Below, one piece after another: positions 29,406 through 40,564 of a DNA stretch of 64,000 nucleotides (positions within the stretch are counted from its first letter, which is position 1; every line of letters starts with the position of its first letter). The translations under genes and the position numbers were made by a program. The DNA lies in IMG/VR virus record IMGVR_UViG_3300011337_000444, positions 6,383 through 70,382 of that record; one strand, written 5' to 3'. Below the pieces are notes generated by a model. It saw only the letters and a list, made by a program, of their open reading frames with translations, was not told the DNA's origin and did not search any database. Source of the DNA: a virus. Taxonomy: Duplodnaviria > Caudoviricetes.

Positions 29406-29663
29406 TTATATCATTTTATTAATTGTGTAACCTACTCCACTCACCGCAAATCCATACAAAATACTCATTTGTATTCCAACCCCACAAAACAAAGATAGCA
29501 AAACTCCACAATATAAACCAACACATTGAGGACAACTTATAAAAATTCCTAGTTTCATTGAGTATCCTGTTATTCGCTCTCTAATCAACTTAAATATATT
29601 GCCCTTAGTTATTATCATAGTTAATCCATAACCTGATAACAGTATCAAAAATAGCGTTTTCAT
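29406..29663 (-). CDS. DUF1360-like small membrane protein with CxxC
   Basis: IFKLIRERI...FISCPQCVGLYCG flanked by TM segments. Confidence 0.65.
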   Translation of the reverse strand: MKTLFLILLSGYGLTMIITKGNIFKLIRERITGYSMKLGIFISCPQCVGLYCGVLLSLFCGVGIQMSILYGFAVSGVGYTINKMI

Positions 29664-32600
29664 TACTTATTTGTTCTTTGTGAAATAGCGTAATTTAATC
29701 CTAATTGATACACAATTTCCTTGCGCTTTGAATTAGTTATTAATTTAACTAAGAAACTTCTATCTCTCATTGCATCACCATTGATTTTAGGAAACTCCTC
29801 ATTAACACTATTCATATCCCTCCAAACTTGTGAGTAATATGCGTTTTCTTTACCGTTAAATACTAATCCTTCTAAATCTTCATCTAAGAAATCATCTAAT
29901 GTATTGTTTGTTTCCTGTCCGTTTAACGTTTCAATAATTACATCAAATGGACTTGTAGTGTAAAGTACAATAGATTTTAATATCTTACTTGATTCAGGCA
30001 TAGTGTTAAACGGTACCCATAACTCACTCTTATTCGGAATACCATAGAATACAGAATGATTATCGTTTTGATCGTGTAGGAATAACTGTCCATTTTTAAA
30101 TGAAACAATATTCAACCCTACTGAACACATATACTCTGGCGTAAATGAATAGAAACTTGTCCAATGCTTTGTTGTTTCACTAAACGCTAAAGTTATTGGT
30201 TTTATATCCACATCTACCTTTCTTTCGTATGCAGGTAATATTGGTGTTGCAGATAATATGTACTCACCAGTTGTTATACTTCTCTCTACTGTTATATCAG
30301 CTTCGTAGCCTGTTTCGTTTTTAGCTAATTGTGCATCAAACACAATCGTTGAACTACCTTCTATTAATTGAGTTTCATACACAATTGAGCCGAAGTTTAT
30401 ATTCCCAACAACAGGAGGTATAAATAATGTTCTGTTTAACCCACCAAATGCAACTACCAATTCATCATAACCTACATCGTAAGTTGTAAATATAGTTGGT
30501 ACCAATTCTTGTGATAAATACTCCTTAAACTTATCCTCAAAAAACTCCTCCATTTTAATATCGGAAATAAGCGTAATTCCATCCGTACTTAATCTACATA
30601 CAGCACCTCTTCTGTAATCAACAAAGTATCTTCTGTTTCCGTAGTAAGAAAAACTTTCAGGGTGTAATCCAATTCCATATTCGCCTGAATAATAAATCAT
30701 TTTACTTAATACCTTCTCACTTGCAGCAACTTGTCCTTGCGCAAATTGGTCAAATATTACATTTTCCTCCACTAAAATCTGCCCTACTTTTAATTCTTGA
30801 TAACACTCTAATCGCTTATCTATTGAAGCTAACCTTTGAATACTTCCGTACTTTCTATCATACTGCTCAAAGTTCTCATCAAAGAAACTGTTTAAACCAT
30901 TAATACCTGATTCTGGAATAAACCTTTGCGAATAGTAAATTGTAGTTGGTCGCCTTAATTGTTTAATATCCATATTAACAATATTTGGTCGCCCTGTGTC
31001 TGCTGTGATAAAATTTCTATTCACAAAATCATTTACGTAATTACTCTCTACATATTCATTCTTAAATAAAGTATCCGTTATAGGCATATTACGTTTAAAC
31101 AAATATGTATCTCCAGAATTAAACTTCACTATTGCAGGTTCCGTATCAGTTTGGTTTTGTTCATTACCTAAATGTAAACCATTCTCTATATCGTAAAACT
31201 CTCCAATCTCAAAAAAGAAGTTATTTTCTAAATCTTTAACCGGTGTGTATATCTCAAATAAATCACCACCACCACTTGTTAATGTAGGTAAGTTAAACTC
31301 ATTACGTAAAGTTATTATTCCTGTACCTATATCGTAATTCAATATCTCTAAATCAAATCTCTGTGTAAAAGGAAACCCATTTGCAGCTTTGATAAATCTT
31401 AATCTATCTCCCTTAGTAAATGTATAAACTAATTCACTTCCCTTGTTTATCTCATTGTATCCGTTTACAATGTTATCGATATTTATCTCAATTGTGTATC
31501 CATCATTACTTGATGTTACATCATCTGAAATAGTTTTGTATGTAGTTGATTTTGAAATAAATTGAATATAGTTTCTAAACGTTAACTTCTTTGTTCGTAC
31601 CCATGCGTAATGTGTAGCCCAACTTGGTGCCTTATGGTAAATGTAACCACTTACTACTGGTACCGAACTAAACGCATCAACTAATGGCGTGTTTAACGAT
31701 TGTAAACCTAGCTTTACCTTATCTGTGAAAAATGGTATATCTAACTTCAACTTATCAATAGTGTTTACAGCTCCGCTTCTATTCGCTCTATCAAAATAAA
31801 CTATACCAAATTCATAGCTTGTTCCTCGCTTTAAAAAACTTTTTCCTAAACCAAAGGTTGTTGTAGCAATTATACTGCCTAAATCTAATCCTATGTTTAC
31901 ATTATAAATTTTAACTAATGGGTCATTATTAACACCAAAATACATTAATACAGATGGATTAGTTAAAATATTATTTATTACAGTAGAAATAATTTTAGAA
32001 TTACCTTGGTATGCGTATAATGGTGAATTAAATAAATTTGTAGGTACATTAAATACAGTTGAAAAAAACGAATTAGCATAAACAATTATATCAAAATACC
32101 CACTGCTATCAGTTGTTTGCGTATCACCTGTTGATGTAACAATAGTCATGTTTACAACTGGATTACCGTTTGTATCAACTATTCTGCCTGTAATATTTGA
32201 TTTAGATGTGGCTAAAGCACTTTTATTTTTTACCTGCGCTAACAATCTTAAACCGTCATTATCAGTTGAAAATATTTGATTAACTTCTTCTAAATTAGTT
32301 AATTCTGATTTGTAAAAAACAACAGGAGTAATAAATGAACCTTGTCTTATATTTAAAAATGATTCGACTTTTGTAGGGATATAAAAAAATCCATTATGAT
32401 CTGTAAAAAACCAGCACTCTTGTCTTAATCCACCAGAAGGAGAAGGTCGTCTTACACCAAAATAACCTTTTAAATAATTTCTAGACGCGGTATAATTACC
32501 TAAATGACCAAAAAAATCACCTATATAATCAATCCTGCTATAAGGTATTCTTTGTTGACTTCTGACATCATTTGTTGTATTATATATATTAACTTCATTA

Positions 32601-34408
32601 TCATGTAGATAACCAAATGAAATAGTGTTATTTATATTCATTTCTTTTGTACCAATAGCTGTAAGTCTTATATCAGCATAAGAAATATCAGCTATCTCTG
32701 TAATAGGTAATTGTTTTATTTCTTCATTTTCTACTTTTACTCTACATTCTGCACCATCAACACCTCCTGTTCTTATAGAAAATGTAGAAGTTCTTTCATA
32801 CGGTTTACTAATATCATCGTATTCCGCTTTTGTTGTTAAATGACTAGCAACCCTTAAAACATATTCCCCATCAGGAACTCCTTTAATTTCAAAATCACTT
32901 AATATAAGTTCTTCTTCCATTAACTGAACAATGGTGTTTGTGTTTTGCTTACTTAAGAAAAATATATTATTTGAATCCTGCGAATTTAACAACCTCCTTT
33001 GTTTAGAAACTGTTTTAAAATTAGTACCTGCTAAATAAACCACAAACCCTCCTAAAGGTATAGGATTATAATATAACCCCCTTTGTAAATAGCTTAATTC
33101 ATTAGAAGGTGAATTACCTGGGGCAACACATGAAAATGCTGTGCTTACACCTCCGAAATAAGGTATAGAATCTCCTCCTGCACCATTTAAAAATCTTATC
33201 GGTTGGCAATTCTCAAATACAGAAGAATTAAAAGACTCTTTACCTACTGCGGCTGCACCGTATGTTCCTAAAGTACCGCTAGGCATATTATTTATATTAC
33301 GAATAATAATACTACCCTTTATAGTATTAAGTTTCTTATTTTCCTCCGCATCCTCAAAATTCTCATATCCAACAGATAAATCAGCGTTTACTTTTACGTT
33401 GTTATAATCCTCTACAATATCTCCATACACAATTCGATTACCCTCAATCAATGATTGTGTTCCTGCTAATATAGGTAATCTATCAAATGGCTTAATTGAA
33501 TCTCTTAAATCAGCAATTGAGTAATTACCATCATTGTAAAAATTATATAAATAATCTCCTACTGTATTAGTTTCATATTCGCCTATTAACTTATCCGAAA
33601 TAACAATAAAATCAGATACCTCATTTGGTCTAGCTACTATCTCTAAACGCTTTACTAATTTACCTCCTGATGGAATAATAATCTGTATAGCGTTATTGAA
33701 TTGATTAGTAGTTTGAATGTACGCAGTATTGCTTATAGTCTGTTTGGATATTGGACTATACGCACTCTTCTCGTTATCATCATATACATACCTTGCTTTA
33801 AATTGCCATAGTTCGTTTTTGAAGTAGTTTACATCAAATTGTGCATCCGTAAAATATCTACTTACTGGAGGAAATAATGGTGGGTATTTAACAGCATCTA
33901 TAACATCTAATGTAATAGGTAAATCATACTTATCACCTACTAATCCTGTGTTGAATGTTCTAATCGCTTTACCAATATTAAACTTCCTTGGTGGATTCAA
34001 CCTATCAACAAAATAAATTAATTGATTCTCGTTATCTAAATCAACTATATCAACGTGCGTAATTAAATAATCCTTGCTAAAGTTTAACAACTCGCTTATC
34101 ATTACAGTAACACTACGCTCTTGTAAAAAGTTATACTGAACAATATTATGGTTTCCTAAACTGTTATGGTTAAAGTAATACACAATACTATCTCTCTTAT
34201 ATTCATAAGCACCAATAGTTGTATTTACTCCCTTTGGTAAATCAATTTTTCTTATCTCATTACCCTTAACTAATTCAACTGAATTTCTATTCTCACCATC
34301 ACTTGAACCAATCCTTACATTTACAGCTTTTCGGCAGTAACCGTTTACTACATCACGCTCATCGGTATCTGTATCCATACCGAATATAACTCTTCTATTT
34401 TCTATCAT
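29663..34408 (-). CDS. Tail stabilisation/muzzle protein (P22 gp10 / crAss muzzle-like)
   Basis: N-terminal GMDTDTDERDV..GYCRKAVNVR; YEFGIVYFDRANRSGAV; C-terminal YYSGEYGIGLHPESF and LAFSETTKHWTSFYSF. Confidence 0.8.
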   Translation of the reverse strand: MIENRRVIFGMDTDTDERDVVNGYCRKAVNVRIGSSDGENRNSVELVKGNEIRKIDLPKGVNTTIGAYEYKRDSIVYYFNHNSLGNHNIVQYNFLQERSVTVMISELLNFSKDYLITHVDIVDLDNENQLIYFVDRLNPPRKFNIGKAIRTFNTGLVGDKYDLPITLDVIDAVKYPPLFPPVSRYFTDAQFDVNYFKNELWQFKARYVYDDNEKSAYSPISKQTISNTAYIQTTNQFNNAIQIIIPSGGKLVKRLEIVARPNEVSDFIVISDKLIGEYETNTVGDYLYNFYNDGNYSIADLRDSIKPFDRLPILAGTQSLIEGNRIVYGDIVEDYNNVKVNADLSVGYENFEDAEENKKLNTIKGSIIIRNINNMPSGTLGTYGAAAVGKESFNSSVFENCQPIRFLNGAGGDSIPYFGGVSTAFSCVAPGNSPSNELSYLQRGLYYNPIPLGGFVVYLAGTNFKTVSKQRRLLNSQDSNNIFFLSKQNTNTIVQLMEEELILSDFEIKGVPDGEYVLRVASHLTTKAEYDDISKPYERTSTFSIRTGGVDGAECRVKVENEEIKQLPITEIADISYADIRLTAIGTKEMNINNTISFGYLHDNEVNIYNTTNDVRSQQRIPYSRIDYIGDFFGHLGNYTASRNYLKGYFGVRRPSPSGGLRQECWFFTDHNGFFYIPTKVESFLNIRQGSFITPVVFYKSELTNLEEVNQIFSTDNDGLRLLAQVKNKSALATSKSNITGRIVDTNGNPVVNMTIVTSTGDTQTTDSSGYFDIIVYANSFFSTVFNVPTNLFNSPLYAYQGNSKIISTVINNILTNPSVLMYFGVNNDPLVKIYNVNIGLDLGSIIATTTFGLGKSFLKRGTSYEFGIVYFDRANRSGAVNTIDKLKLDIPFFTDKVKLGLQSLNTPLVDAFSSVPVVSGYIYHKAPSWATHYAWVRTKKLTFRNYIQFISKSTTYKTISDDVTSSNDGYTIEINIDNIVNGYNEINKGSELVYTFTKGDRLRFIKAANGFPFTQRFDLEILNYDIGTGIITLRNEFNLPTLTSGGGDLFEIYTPVKDLENNFFFEIGEFYDIENGLHLGNEQNQTDTEPAIVKFNSGDTYLFKRNMPITDTLFKNEYVESNYVNDFVNRNFITADTGRPNIVNMDIKQLRRPTTIYYSQRFIPESGINGLNSFFDENFEQYDRKYGSIQRLASIDKRLECYQELKVGQILVEENVIFDQFAQGQVAASEKVLSKMIYYSGEYGIGLHPESFSYYGNRRYFVDYRRGAVCRLSTDGITLISDIKMEEFFEDKFKEYLSQELVPTIFTTYDVGYDELVVAFGGLNRTLFIPPVVGNINFGSIVYETQLIEGSSTIVFDAQLAKNETGYEADITVERSITTGEYILSATPILPAYERKVDVDIKPITLAFSETTKHWTSFYSFTPEYMCSVGLNIVSFKNGQLFLHDQNDNHSVFYGIPNKSELWVPFNTMPESSKILKSIVLYTTSPFDVIIETLNGQETNNTLDDFLDEDLEGLVFNGKENAYYSQVWRDMNSVNEEFPKINGDAMRDRSFLVKLITNSKRKEIVYQLGLNYAISQRTNK

Positions 34409-34411
34409 AGA

Positions 34412-35167
34412 TTAAAATTTAGGAGATAATTTATTACCCTTTCTAAAAGTTTGCAACATTTCATCCTTAGTAAACGATTTAAACCTTGCAACACTTTTTT
34501 TCTTTTCCAAAACGTAGTTTCTTCTTAAAACTTCTTTTTGGTTTAAAGCTACATTAAAGTTGTTTTCAATCATTTTCCAACTAATGTAATTCTTTATAGT
34601 ATCTATGATATATGGGTGTACTGAAAAGCCCCCATCTGTTCTCTGTAAATCTGCTAGGTATTCTATATAAATTGTGCTTCCTCCTTGGTAGCCATCTAAT
34701 GCTATATAGCCTCTCTGTAAGTTAATTGTGTAATAACCGTTAGTGTTCTGTCCTCCACCTAATCCAAAGATACCTCCTGTTACTTCACCAAAGTTTACAA
34801 AAGCATGATCGTTTCTATCGTAATAAATTACTTGATTCATATCATCAGTTCCCTTTGGTGATAAAATATTACCACACTCATCTATCGAAACATCCTTACC
34901 TTTTGTAAATGCAGGATATAATGGGCGTATATTACCTTTAGCATCATAAATACCTAAACTTACCAATGAAATAAAATCATTCGGTAAATTAACCGTATCA
35001 TTGGTATTTACTTGTAATAACTTTGCTACTGGCGAACCACTCACATCTAAGTTTAATGTACGCATACAACCTAATGCTAATGATAACGCTCTTGCGTATT
35101 TATGTTCTGTGTTTCCACTCTCGAACAACCATTCCCTTACTACACTATCTAAACTTGTTTGATTCAT
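34412..35167 (-). CDS. Tail ring/tubular protein
   Basis: Size, position and VNLPNDFISL motif. Confidence 0.65.
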   Translation of the reverse strand: MNQTSLDSVVREWLFESGNTEHKYARALSLALGCMRTLNLDVSGSPVAKLLQVNTNDTVNLPNDFISLVSLGIYDAKGNIRPLYPAFTKGKDVSIDECGNILSPKGTDDMNQVIYYDRNDHAFVNFGEVTGGIFGLGGGQNTNGYYTINLQRGYIALDGYQGGSTIYIEYLADLQRTDGGFSVHPYIIDTIKNYISWKMIENNFNVALNQKEVLRRNYVLEKKKSVARFKSFTKDEMLQTFRKGNKLSPKF

Positions 35168-35169
35168 AG

Positions 35170-35796
35170 TTATTTCACGTTATCGTTAATATTATCTTGT
35201 GGTGTTTGGCGCATTACCATATACATCTGTACAACTAACTTCACTATATCATCCTGAAAGTTTAATGATATATCTACACTATCCTCTTGTTTAGCATTCT
35301 GAATACCTCCTACTAATTTGATTAATAGTTTTTCAGGTAATGCAGCCTTATCCAAATTGTGCAAGTATATCCTTGTATTCTCAATTGTATAGCCTTTGTT
35401 TCCCTCTAATTGTGCAACCATCGTACCTCTTGTCAAAGTTAAGAAATCTGTGCGTAATGGCACAAATGTATTAAACTCATCTTGTATAGGAGAAACACTA
35501 TAAATACCCATACCATTAGGTAAGTTTACATACGTGCTGTTTATTGGCGCATAATATCTATTCCTTTCCGTATCACATTTTACTGGCTCCACAAATGAAT
35601 AAATAAATGTACCGTTTACACTACTCTCACCCTCTGTATTTTTATTCTCGTAAAAGTTATTATAAATAAATTTACCAAAAGCTTGGTCAACAAAAACCTC
35701 TAACTCCTCCTTTGTTACTTGAACATCAGAGTTTACATCACCACCTTGGATTATCCTTTGCGCTTGTTCCGCAATTAAAGTTCTTGTATCTCTCAT
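35170..35796 (-). CDS. Tail ring protein
   Basis: 208 aa, adjacent ring paralogue (YVNLPNG). Confidence 0.6.
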   Translation of the reverse strand: MRDTRTLIAEQAQRIIQGGDVNSDVQVTKEELEVFVDQAFGKFIYNNFYENKNTEGESSVNGTFIYSFVEPVKCDTERNRYYAPINSTYVNLPNGMGIYSVSPIQDEFNTFVPLRTDFLTLTRGTMVAQLEGNKGYTIENTRIYLHNLDKAALPEKLLIKLVGGIQNAKQEDSVDISLNFQDDIVKLVVQMYMVMRQTPQDNINDNVK

Positions 35797-36506
35797 TACG
35801 CTCCTTGTTGTTTAAGTGTTTCTGAATATTGTATCAATTCTGCCTCACGTAAATTCATTCCTAAGTACGATGCACAATTAAATACTATCTCATTCATACA
35901 ATCATCTGGCATCTCTATATCCACAGACTTATCAGCAGAATATACTGGCTTTCCATTTACTACATCAAAACCCCAAAATGGTGTTATTGGCTTTCTTAAA
36001 TAAACTAGCTTTACTGTAAATATCTCTTTAGGAAATATCTCTATGGCATCACCCACAAATCTAGCTACTCCCATCTTACCTGATTTGATTTTTTTATTGA
36101 AGATTACAGAAGATAATTGTGTAGCCAACTCGGAATCTCTCAATATCCTAAAGTTAACTAAATCACTCTGTAATTCACCTTCCTTATCCAAATCATTTCT
36201 TACGTAAGATAATGTTGATAAATGTAAATAATCACTCGGTAAATTAACCAAACCTCCTTTAACAGGATAAGCTTCTCGCCTTACTATCAAATACCTTAAA
36301 TCATCCGTAATCTTTTGGTTTTGTTCAAATCCAATTACAGACGATCCATCAGGCTTTTGCATCTTTACATTATGGTACCTCTTATTGATTACCTCATATA
36401 AAGCTCTTGATATACTCTTGTTAAAATCCTTTGGAGTTAAAAAACCACTCTGGCTCTTATTTGCAATAAACTGCAAAAACTCATATACCTTATTTACATT
36501 TATCAT
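35796..36506 (-). CDS. Tail ring/adaptor protein
   Basis: IANKSQSGFLTPKDFN, LPSDYLH and YLRKP..PFWG match the crAss-like ring pattern. Confidence 0.7.
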   Translation of the reverse strand: MINVNKVYEFLQFIANKSQSGFLTPKDFNKSISRALYEVINKRYHNVKMQKPDGSSVIGFEQNQKITDDLRYLIVRREAYPVKGGLVNLPSDYLHLSTLSYVRNDLDKEGELQSDLVNFRILRDSELATQLSSVIFNKKIKSGKMGVARFVGDAIEIFPKEIFTVKLVYLRKPITPFWGFDVVNGKPVYSADKSVDIEMPDDCMNEIVFNCASYLGMNLREAELIQYSETLKQQGA

Positions 36507-36514
36507 ACTTCAAA

Positions 36515-38659
36515 TTATATTGAATCAAATGCAGCAATAATATCATTTCTACTTACAGATGCACTAATAGGATAAGATATGTTTAAGTTAAAAATATAAC
36601 CTCCCCATTTACTTGCATCCATTCCGTTAATTGCAGCAGGATATGTTTTAGTTGAATCAGTTACAGCAAATCCACCAATCTGTTGTTTATACGTTGAATA
36701 AGATGGTACATTAGCACCACTATCCGCAACTGTTATAAACTGTTGTGCAGGAAAGTTAACTATTGCTGTTCCTATTGAATCATTTAAATCAAATTGACTT
36801 ACTATTAATAATCTACCGTTAGTTAAAAACTGTACTTGTGAAAATATAGTGTTTAATACAATAACGTGCGTATTAGCTGTGTCTAATATATTCCTTTGTG
36901 CAAATACATTTCTACCTGCTAAAACAGTTTGAGTAGGCATTAATGCTGTTGGAATTAAAGGTGTTTGTGATGTTGCTGATCCATTTGGATTTACACTAAA
37001 TCCTCCTGCTGTTGCAGCAAAAATTTCTGTATCTACATTAAATGGATTTTGGTAACTACTCCATGGTGTTCTTAATAAAGAACCCATTGATGCACTTGTA
37101 GATAAAGGAATTAAAAATTGTCCTGTAATAAACACTACTCGGTTAATTACTCTAATACTAGGATTAGTCCACCCTTCTACCGCAGCAAGTCCAAATGTAC
37201 CATTGTGAGCGTTCATTACCTTCCAACCACTATCATAAGCATCTTGGTCAAATGGTATCCATGTTCTTACTCCTAATGTATCACTTGATAATATCTGTCC
37301 GTTTACTGTTGGATTACCTAAGTTGTTTTCCTTAGTAGCTAATTGTGTAGTGTCCACCAAATCTCTACCTCTGCTATTCGCAATTAAAGTACCTCTCCAT
37401 GTTACTACATATTCGCCTATTACCACACACTTATTACCACTTGCTTGTGTTGAAGAAGCTTGTAATGAAGTTAATGGAATACCAAAGATTGTTACGTTGT
37501 TTCCGTTTAATGTAATCTGTTGGTCAACATAAACAATAAATGTATCTCCCTCTTTTGGAGTTCCTGCACCTTGTATTGTCCATGATGAACTTAATGTTAC
37601 AGATGAACCAGTAATACGGATATATTTCTCATCAACTCCCGGTGTTAAGTTTATTGTTCCACCTCCTGCTGTTAACGCAATATCTTTACTACCCAAAACT
37701 TCTTGGGGAAAGTTAGCACTTCTAAATGCAGCAACTGTTAATGGAATACCTGGCGAGCGTGAAATCTCCCAAAAATCACCACCAATAAATTGTAACACAA
37801 TTACGCTCTCATTTCCTCCTGTTACAAAGTTTGCCGAATTTGCTAAGTTAATGTTACCACTTGTGTTCAATGTAGTTAATCTAGCATTGCTTACACCTCT
37901 TAAAATTAATGTATCTCCATTAGAAAATCCTAATGCAATAATATCAGTTAAAGTATCTGATGCTATTGCTCCTTCTGTATCTACTAAAATTTCTGTTACA
38001 GAGCCTTTTCTGTTTACATCTATACTTCCTCCACTAATTGTGTATGAACGTATATCTATTGGTGAATTAAATGGTTTTCTTACAACAAATGCAGAAATAT
38101 CAGTAGCACCTACTAATGTTCCATCAACCGCAGTTGGGGAATCATTAATCCAAACCTTAATACCTGTTTGTGCATCTACAACATCTTGTGATGAGGTACC
38201 GCCATCTAAATCTGTACTTGTTACTGCTAATGTTCCTGTTAATGTAGCTACTAATGCAGAGCCATTTAAGCTAGAACCAAATCCAGAAGTTATAAAAATA
38301 TAAACCGTATTTCCTAATACTTGTGCTGTGTAGTTTGGACTTGAAGTAAAACTATTAATAGCAGTAGCAGTATTAGTTGATAAAGCACTTAAACTTGCAC
38401 CAGATATTGGAGTTCCTGTATTAAATACAGATACACCTCCTATTGTTAAATCAGTTACAGTACCAGCACCTGATGCAAATGTGATTGTAGCAACAGCTAA
38501 AGTTTCTCCAATTACAGGACTTGATGCTAATACAACTGTATTAGCCATCTCTTTTCCTGTTTTGTCATTATCGTAACTTGCGATAAATTCATCGTTAAAT
38601 GTAGTTAGGTATATTTTACCTAAACCTGTTCCGTATTTTGTAGCTTTTGTGAAACTCAT
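36515..38659 (-). CDS. Virion fibre/spike-like structural protein
   Basis: Thr/Gly/Ser-rich beta protein; shares a domain with 49452..50306. Confidence 0.65.
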   Translation of the reverse strand: MSFTKATKYGTGLGKIYLTTFNDEFIASYDNDKTGKEMANTVVLASSPVIGETLAVATITFASGAGTVTDLTIGGVSVFNTGTPISGASLSALSTNTATAINSFTSSPNYTAQVLGNTVYIFITSGFGSSLNGSALVATLTGTLAVTSTDLDGGTSSQDVVDAQTGIKVWINDSPTAVDGTLVGATDISAFVVRKPFNSPIDIRSYTISGGSIDVNRKGSVTEILVDTEGAIASDTLTDIIALGFSNGDTLILRGVSNARLTTLNTSGNINLANSANFVTGGNESVIVLQFIGGDFWEISRSPGIPLTVAAFRSANFPQEVLGSKDIALTAGGGTINLTPGVDEKYIRITGSSVTLSSSWTIQGAGTPKEGDTFIVYVDQQITLNGNNVTIFGIPLTSLQASSTQASGNKCVVIGEYVVTWRGTLIANSRGRDLVDTTQLATKENNLGNPTVNGQILSSDTLGVRTWIPFDQDAYDSGWKVMNAHNGTFGLAAVEGWTNPSIRVINRVVFITGQFLIPLSTSASMGSLLRTPWSSYQNPFNVDTEIFAATAGGFSVNPNGSATSQTPLIPTALMPTQTVLAGRNVFAQRNILDTANTHVIVLNTIFSQVQFLTNGRLLIVSQFDLNDSIGTAIVNFPAQQFITVADSGANVPSYSTYKQQIGGFAVTDSTKTYPAAINGMDASKWGGYIFNLNISYPISASVSRNDIIAAFDSI

Positions 38660-40476
38660 TATTTCGTAATTATAAAGTTAACTAAAACTGATTGATAATT
38701 TTGTGATATGCTAGATTGAGCAATCATTTGTGCTATCGTGTCAAATGTAAAAACTATATTATTTGAAGATGCTTTTACAATTCTTAAAAATAATGGTGCT
38801 ACGGTAGTTCCTAAAATTGAACTATCTTTTAATTTTCCATTATCGTAAGAAATAATTTTAACAACCTCTGCGAATACCTTTACATTATTATTAGATTGTT
38901 GAAAATTAGTTAAAGCATACATATTAGCTGAATTAGGGTAATTACCAAAAGTTGCTCCTATATTTACTACTGTTGGCTGTACATAATCTAATTGTGCATC
39001 AACATTAAAATTACTTATTGAAAACTCTATTGGAGTTATTTTGTTATAAGGTGATGCGAAATATCTATACTCAATCAACAAGCTAAAACTCATTTTCTCA
39101 ATTACATCAGGAATAACTCCTGTTGCTATACTTGGAGTATATGTTTTATTTCCATTACCATCTGTAACCTCATTTACATCTATTGTAGCTGAATCCTCTA
39201 AGGTTACATCTTTTATACTAGCTAATGCTGTTGCAATTGCAGGATCTAAACTTAAATTAAAAGTTGAGGTACTTCCGCTTACTGTTTTAGCTACTATTAA
39301 CTGATTACTGCTAGAAACAACTTCTACTTCATTGCTGTTACCAATACCTTGTATTAAAACATTTTCTTCATTCTCACAATTACATTCAGAAGTACAACCT
39401 GTTACACTTCTTATTTCTGCAACTACTTTATCCAAGTTAGTAGTGTTACCACATTGCATCTGTGTTTGCAAACTTGTTAAGTAACTACAAGCTAAAATGT
39501 AAGCGTTTTTGTAGTTGTTTGCCAACACATCATTTACGCCTTTATAGTTTAAGTAGTTGTTTAAAGTTTTACTAATGCAACAGTAAATGTCACATAACCT
39601 AATATCACAAGTAATATTTTTGCTTTCTGTTTTAATTAAGTAAAACGTTACACTAAAATCCGAAGTAAAAGCGTAGTTAAAATAACCCTCACTTTTAAAC
39701 TCTTGGTTTCCTGTGTAAAATACCGAAGTAGTTACTGTACTTGTAAATCCTATTAGTGGATTTAAACCTAATACTCCAGGAAAATAAATATTGTTTACTC
39801 TCGTATACAATAAACCATCACCTACATTACTTGATACACTTGTACTAAAAATAATCTGTGTTCTATCTGTTCCTTTGTCGTAGGCTACACTACTAATTGT
39901 GTATTCACCATCATTTCCAGTTGAACCCTGCACATTTACTTTTGAGCCAATAATAAACGCTGATACTTTATTTCCTGATACACTTACAGATGAACTACCT
40001 GTACTCGCAACCACAATTGGAAAACTTGTTGCAGGATTTATTCCCTTTAAGTTGTAAACAGTTTTATCTTCGCTCTTTAACTGCGGAGAGATACAATCTA
40101 CTGTTACATCAATTAAAGGTACCGGAGTGTTTATATCGTATTGAAATACTTTTGTTCTAGTAAATTCAGTTACACCAGAATCATCGGAACTCGTAATACT
40201 AATTGTGTAAGTACCTTTTAAAGGATTATTGGTGCCAACGTAAGTAGGAACTATAATAGCTCTATTCACTCGGCTTGTTGCCAACTCTAAATCAGGATCA
40301 CTAAAATCAGTATTATCATACACAATTCCACTTGGAGAAACTACTTTTATTAAACCTTCTACATCATTTGTAGCTACACCTTGTGCTGCATAATCCGTAG
40401 TGTCGGTTATAACGAAATAACTTTGTGTTTTATCTACCACAAATGCTACCGAAAAATCAACATTGCTTATTGCCAT
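38659..40476 (-). CDS. Virion structural protein with a Cys-rich central segment
   Basis: 605 aa; LCDIYCCI and GCTSECNCENE. Confidence 0.6.
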   Translation of the reverse strand: MAISNVDFSVAFVVDKTQSYFVITDTTDYAAQGVATNDVEGLIKVVSPSGIVYDNTDFSDPDLELATSRVNRAIIVPTYVGTNNPLKGTYTISITSSDDSGVTEFTRTKVFQYDINTPVPLIDVTVDCISPQLKSEDKTVYNLKGINPATSFPIVVASTGSSSVSVSGNKVSAFIIGSKVNVQGSTGNDGEYTISSVAYDKGTDRTQIIFSTSVSSNVGDGLLYTRVNNIYFPGVLGLNPLIGFTSTVTTSVFYTGNQEFKSEGYFNYAFTSDFSVTFYLIKTESKNITCDIRLCDIYCCISKTLNNYLNYKGVNDVLANNYKNAYILACSYLTSLQTQMQCGNTTNLDKVVAEIRSVTGCTSECNCENEENVLIQGIGNSNEVEVVSSSNQLIVAKTVSGSTSTFNLSLDPAIATALASIKDVTLEDSATIDVNEVTDGNGNKTYTPSIATGVIPDVIEKMSFSLLIEYRYFASPYNKITPIEFSISNFNVDAQLDYVQPTVVNIGATFGNYPNSANMYALTNFQQSNNNVKVFAEVVKIISYDNGKLKDSSILGTTVAPLFLRIVKASSNNIVFTFDTIAQMIAQSSISQNYQSVLVNFIITK

Positions 40477-40495
40477 TGTATAAAATTTTATACGA

Positions 40496-40503
40496 CAAAT
40501 ATA
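40496..40503 (-). promoter_or_regulatory. Bacteroidota sigma70 -7 element
   Basis: TATATTTG, 20 nt upstream of 40476 and just after a terminator. Confidence 0.6.
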
Positions 40504-40504
40504 T

Positions 40505-40537
40505 AAAAAAAAACCGACAACATTTAGTTATCGGTTT
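40505..40537 (-). terminator. Intrinsic terminator
   Basis: AAACCGATAAC-loop-GTTGTCGGTTT followed by a T-tract on the minus strand. Confidence 0.75.
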
Positions 40538-40564
40538 CTTATAATATAGTTATTAAGGTTTTAA

